Below, one piece after another: positions 60,074-64,000 of a DNA stretch of 64,000 nucleotides. Position numbers and translations under genes: made by a program. The notes under the pieces were generated by a model. It was not told the DNA's origin, did not search any database, and was given only the letters and a program-made list of their open reading frames with translations. This DNA is from Alphaproteobacteria bacterium (GTDB lineage: Bacteria > Pseudomonadota > Alphaproteobacteria > SHVV01), in assembly GCA_965261735.1 (NCBI GenBank), contig OZ253470.1, positions 4,032,001-4,096,000 of the forward strand, in the 5' to 3' direction. The number at the start of each line of letters is the position of its first letter. Position 1 is the stretch's first letter.

Positions 60074-60631
60074 ATGCAAATGCCGCTTGAAATCAGTTAC
60101 CACAATATGGATCGCTCAGACGCGGTCGACGCGCGGGTGCGGCAGCGAGCGGACAAGCTCGAGCAGTTCCACCGCGGCATCACGAGCTGCCACGTCGCGG
60201 TCACTGCGCCGCACCACACCCATCGCAAGGGCAACGCCCACCATGTCCGCATCGTCGTGCGGGTGCCGGGCAGCGAAATCGCCGTGAGTCGGGACCCCGG
60301 CGATCCCCATGCCCACGAAGATGTTAACGTCGCCGTTCGCGATGCCTTCGACGCCATGGAGCGTCGTCTCGAGGAACATGCGCGTAAGCGACGCGGCGAG
60401 GGCAAACACCACGAGCTCGTGCTCGAGGGCGAGGTGGTCGGCTATTTCGCCGACGAGGGCTACGGCTTCATCGCGACCAACGATGGCCGCGAGGTCTATT
60501 TCAGCCGGAATGCCGTCGACGGCGACGCTTTCGACGATCTCGACGTGGGCCACCGGGTTCGCCTCATGGCGATCGATGAAGACGCCCAAAAGGGCCCCAC
60601 GGCCAAGACGGTGCTGCCCGTCACCGACTAG
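60074..60631 (+). CDS. HPF/RaiA-like domain fused to a cold-shock domain
   Basis: PLEISYHNM..S.AV, AVRDAFDAMERRL; then GYGFIAT.DGREVYF.RNAV. Confidence 0.87.
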   Translation: MQMPLEISYHNMDRSDAVDARVRQRADKLEQFHRGITSCHVAVTAPHHTHRKGNAHHVRIVVRVPGSEIAVSRDPGDPHAHEDVNVAVRDAFDAMERRLEEHARKRRGEGKHHELVLEGEVVGYFADEGYGFIATNDGREVYFSRNAVDGDAFDDLDVGHRVRLMAIDEDAQKGPTAKTVLPVTD

Positions 60632-60908
60632 CGGAGGACGGCGCGCCGGACTTGACGGCCGCGGGCGCTGTCGGGATGGGCGCGGCGGCTCCGCTCGTGG
60701 GTCGGGGTGGGCCACGACGCCGACGCCTATTTCGGCAACGACGGGGCCGGGTCACGCGGTCAAGAACGCCCTTGCACTCTCGCGAATGGTGGAGCGGGCG
60801 CGCTCCTGAAAGAACCTTGACTTTGCAGCGCAAACCCGGCAATCCACAGCCGATGAAATCCTTTGAACGGGCCGCGGCGGCGGTCTGAGCATTCTTGTCG
60901 GTGGTCGT

Positions 60909-62498
60909 GTGAGTTCCGGCGAGGGTAGCGGCAGGGCTTCGCGCGTCGCCGTCATCGGCTGTGGCGCGTGGGGGCAAAACCTCGTTCGCAATTTCAGTGC
61001 GCTCGACGCGTTGGCGGCCATCAACGATCGCGACGCGGCGGCGGCCTTGCGCCTGGGCGAGCAATTCGGCGTTGCCGTCCGGTCCCTGCCCGAGATCCTG
61101 GCTGACGACGCGATTGCTGGCGTCGTCGTCGCCGCACCGGCGGCGAACCACGCGATGCTGGTGGGCGAGGCCCTGGCCGCGGGTAAACACGTCTTCGTTG
61201 AAAAGCCGCTCGCACTTACGACCACAGATGGCGAAGACCTGTGCGCGCGTGCCGAGGCGGCCGGTCGCGTCCTCATGGTCGGCCACCTCCTCCAGTATCA
61301 CCCCGCGTTCCTGCGGCTGAAGGCACTGGTCAGCGAAGGGGCGCTCGGCCGGCTGCAGTACATCTACTCGCACCGCCTCAACCTCGGCAAGATGCGACGC
61401 GAGGAGAACATCCTGTGGAGCTTCGCGCCCCACGACATATCGATGATCCTGTCGCTCGTCGGGGCCGAGCCCGAGACGGTCACGGCCACCGGAAGCTGCT
61501 ACCTCCACAAGACCATTGCCGACGTGACGACGACCCACCTGTCGTTTCCCGGCGGTGAGAGCGCGCACGTGTTCGTCTCCTGGCTGCACCCGTTCAAGGA
61601 GCAGATGCTGGTGGTCGTCGGTGATGGCGGCATGGCGGTCTTCGATGACCTCGAGCCGTGGGAGCGCAAGCTCGTCGTCTACCCTCACCGTGTCGAATGG
61701 AAGGACGGCGTCCCGGTGGCGGCCAAGGCGGACGGCAAGCCGGTGGCGCTCGAGGCCGGCGAGCCGCTCGAGCAAGAGTGCCGACACTTCCTCGCCTGCA
61801 TGGCGGGCGACGAGGTCTGTCGCACGGACGGCGCCGAGGCATTGCGCGTCCTGCGCGTTCTCGAGGCGGCGCAGGTATCGATGGCGTCACCCCCCCCGGC
61901 CTCGGCGGCGGCGGGGCGCCGCGGTGTCCTTATCCATGATACCGCGCGCGTCGACGAGCCCAGCTCGATCGGCGAGGCGACACGGATCTGGCATTTCAGT
62001 CACATCATCGAGGGGAGCCGCATCGGCGCCCGATGCCGCATCGGCCAAAACGTGATGATCGGGCCCGACGTCACCGTGGGCGACGACTGCGCTATCCAGA
62101 ACAATGTGAGCTTGTACAAGGGCGTTACCCTCGAGGACGGGGTGTTTTGCGGCCCCAGTGCGGTGTTTACCAACGTACTGACGCCGCGGGCCGAGATCGA
62201 TCGTAAGGACGAGTTCATGCCGACCGTGGTCCGCCGCGGCGCGACGATCGGGGCCAACGCCACGGTCGTCTGTGGGGTCGAGCTCGGCGCCTACTGCCTG
62301 ATCGCTGCCGGCGCCGTGGTCACCCGCGACGTGCCGCCATTCGCGCTCGTCGCCGGCGTACCGGCGCGGCGAATCGGCTGGGTGGGCCATGCCGGGGAGC
62401 GGCTCGATGCGGCCCTCGTGTGCCCGCGGTCGGGGCGGCGCTACGCGGAAACCGGCCCGGATCGGCTGGAAGAAGTGATCGAAAGCGCCGCGCAATGA
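60909..62498 (+). CDS. Gfo/Idh/MocA oxidoreductase (WbpB-like role) fused to a hexapeptide N-acetyltransferase (WbpD-like)
   Basis: IGCGAWG, HVFVEKP, SFAPHD; then [35 protein letters not shown]. Confidence 0.88.
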   Translation: MSSGEGSGRASRVAVIGCGAWGQNLVRNFSALDALAAINDRDAAAALRLGEQFGVAVRSLPEILADDAIAGVVVAAPAANHAMLVGEALAAGKHVFVEKPLALTTTDGEDLCARAEAAGRVLMVGHLLQYHPAFLRLKALVSEGALGRLQYIYSHRLNLGKMRREENILWSFAPHDISMILSLVGAEPETVTATGSCYLHKTIADVTTTHLSFPGGESAHVFVSWLHPFKEQMLVVVGDGGMAVFDDLEPWERKLVVYPHRVEWKDGVPVAAKADGKPVALEAGEPLEQECRHFLACMAGDEVCRTDGAEALRVLRVLEAAQVSMASPPPASAAAGRRGVLIHDTARVDEPSSIGEATRIWHFSHIIEGSRIGARCRIGQNVMIGPDVTVGDDCAIQNNVSLYKGVTLEDGVFCGPSAVFTNVLTPRAEIDRKDEFMPTVVRRGATIGANATVVCGVELGAYCLIAAGAVVTRDVPPFALVAGVPARRIGWVGHAGERLDAALVCPRSGRRYAETGPDRLEEVIESAAQ

Positions 62499-63655
62499 CG
62501 CTCCCGGCCCAAGACGTGCCGCTCGTGGACGGGCAACCCGGGCCCATCGAGTTCGGTGGCCTCAAGCCACAGCGCGAACGGCTGCGCTCGCGGATCGATG
62601 CGGCCATTCAGCAGGTGCAGGCGCACGGCCGCTTTATCATGGGGCCTGAGGTTGCCGAGCTCGAGAGCCGGCTCGCGGCGCGCGTCGGGGTGGGGCACGC
62701 CGTGTCTTGCGCGAGCGGCACTGATGCCTTGCTGCTCGCGCTTCTCGCGGGCGGAATCGGCCCAGGCGATGCCGTGTTCGTTCCCGCCTTCACGTTCGTC
62801 GCGACCGCGGAGGTCGTGGCGCTCGTCGGCGCGACGCCCGTGTTCGTCGATGTGACCGCGGGTGATTTCCTAATCGGGGCGGAGAGCTTGGCCGCCGCCA
62901 TCGATCAGGCGAGGGCCAACGGCTTGCGCCCAGGCGCGGTGATCGCCGTGGACCTGTTCGGGCAGCCGGCCGACTATCAGGCGATCGCGCCTATAGCGGC
63001 GGCAGCGGATGCCTGGATACTGGCGGATGCGGCGCAAAGCCTCGGCGCGAGCCGCGACGGCCGGCCCGTGGGCGCACTGGCACCCATGACCGCGACGAGC
63101 TTTTTTCCGGCGAAGCCACTGGGCTGCTACGGCGATGGCGGCGCGCTGTTCACCGACGATGCGGAGACGGCGGCCACACTGAGATCGCTCCGCGTTCACG
63201 GCCAGGGCGAGCACAAATACGACGCCCGGCGCATCGGCATGAACGGTCGCCTGGACACGCTTCAGGCCGCCATATTACTTGCCAAGCTAACGGTCTTCGA
63301 CGATGAAATCGAGGCGCGGCGCCGGGTCGCGGCGCGCTACGATGAAGAGCTCGGCGGTCTCGTCGAGTGCCCGATCATCGCCCCGGGCGCCGACTCCGTG
63401 TGGGCGCAATATACAATTCGAGTGCCTGAGCGCGACCGCCTGGCCGCGCGACTCAAGGCCGAGGGCATCCCGACCGCCATCTACTACCCGAAAGCGCTAC
63501 ACCAACAGGCCGCATACCGGGACTGCCCGACGGCGCCGGGCGGCCTCCCGGTCAGCGAACGCCTCGCGACCGAGGTCCTGAGCCTGCCGCTCCATCCCTA
63601 CCTCGAGGCGCCGGCGCAGGCGCGCATCGTCGAGGCGGTGCGCGCTTCGCTGTAA
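62495..63655 (+). CDS. DegT/DnrJ/EryC1/StrS aminotransferase (WbpE-like)
   Basis: [39 protein letters not shown]; ATGA overlap with the upstream stop. Confidence 0.93.
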   Translation: MTLPAQDVPLVDGQPGPIEFGGLKPQRERLRSRIDAAIQQVQAHGRFIMGPEVAELESRLAARVGVGHAVSCASGTDALLLALLAGGIGPGDAVFVPAFTFVATAEVVALVGATPVFVDVTAGDFLIGAESLAAAIDQARANGLRPGAVIAVDLFGQPADYQAIAPIAAAADAWILADAAQSLGASRDGRPVGALAPMTATSFFPAKPLGCYGDGGALFTDDAETAATLRSLRVHGQGEHKYDARRIGMNGRLDTLQAAILLAKLTVFDDEIEARRRVAARYDEELGGLVECPIIAPGADSVWAQYTIRVPERDRLAARLKAEGIPTAIYYPKALHQQAAYRDCPTAPGGLPVSERLATEVLSLPLHPYLEAPAQARIVEAVRASL

Positions 63656-63676
63656 GCAGCCGCGCACCCGGACAGG

Positions 63677-64000
63677 ATGGACATTCGCGGCAAGCGGTTC
63701 GTAGTGATCGGCGGGGCCGGACTCATCGGCTCGCATACCGTCGACCAATTGACACGCGAGGACGTGGGCGAAATCGTGATCTACGACAACTTCACGCGGG
63801 GCGATCACGACAATATCGAGCAAGCGCTGCGCGACCCCCGGGTTTCGGTCTATCCGGTCGGTGGCGACATATGCCAGACCGACATCCTCAACGCCGCGCT
63901 CAAGGGCGCAGACGGCGTCTTCCACTTCGCGGCATTATGGCTGCTGCAGTGCCAGGATTTCCCGCGCGCGGCCTTCGACGTCAACGTCCGCGGCACCTAC
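63677..64000 (+). CDS. NAD-dependent epimerase/dehydratase, 3'-truncated by window edge
   Basis: MDIRGKRFVVIGGAGLIGSH, YDNFTRG, GVFHFAA. Confidence 0.85.
   Translation, partial: MDIRGKRFVVIGGAGLIGSHTVDQLTREDVGEIVIYDNFTRGDHDNIEQALRDPRVSVYPVGGDICQTDILNAALKGADGVFHFAALWLLQCQDFPRAAFDVNVRGTY

Overview
High-GC bacterial window, probably alphaproteobacterial. Most of it is a dispersed catabolic region for aromatic or N-heterocyclic compounds. It holds five Rieske oxygenase alpha subunits (four NagG/salicylate-5-hydroxylase-like, one CntA-like), two beta subunits, one intact ferredoxin and one reductase. It also holds two VOC ring-cleavage dioxygenase paralogues, five MhpC/BphD-like hydrolases, two amidohydrolases, an amidase, two FAH proteins, five Rid/YjgF genes (two encode three Rid domains in one chain), and Dpp-, Liv- and NMT1-type ABC components. 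Embedded in it is a compact DNA-repair cluster: fpg-like, ligD, ku, a BRCT/wHTH/TPR protein and DUF72. Also present are a Crp regulator with a Sel1 protein and candidate Crp boxes, frmA, IS1595, IS256, IS630 and IS6 elements or relics, a patchwork of gene fragments at about 50-56 kb (including a two-domain cytochrome P460 pseudogene), and the start of a Wbp-type diacetamido-uronate sugar operon. The best candidates for undescribed systems are the extended NHEJ cluster with its BRCT-TPR protein and the single-chain triple-Rid proteins. All product calls come from motif recognition by eye; no database searches were run.
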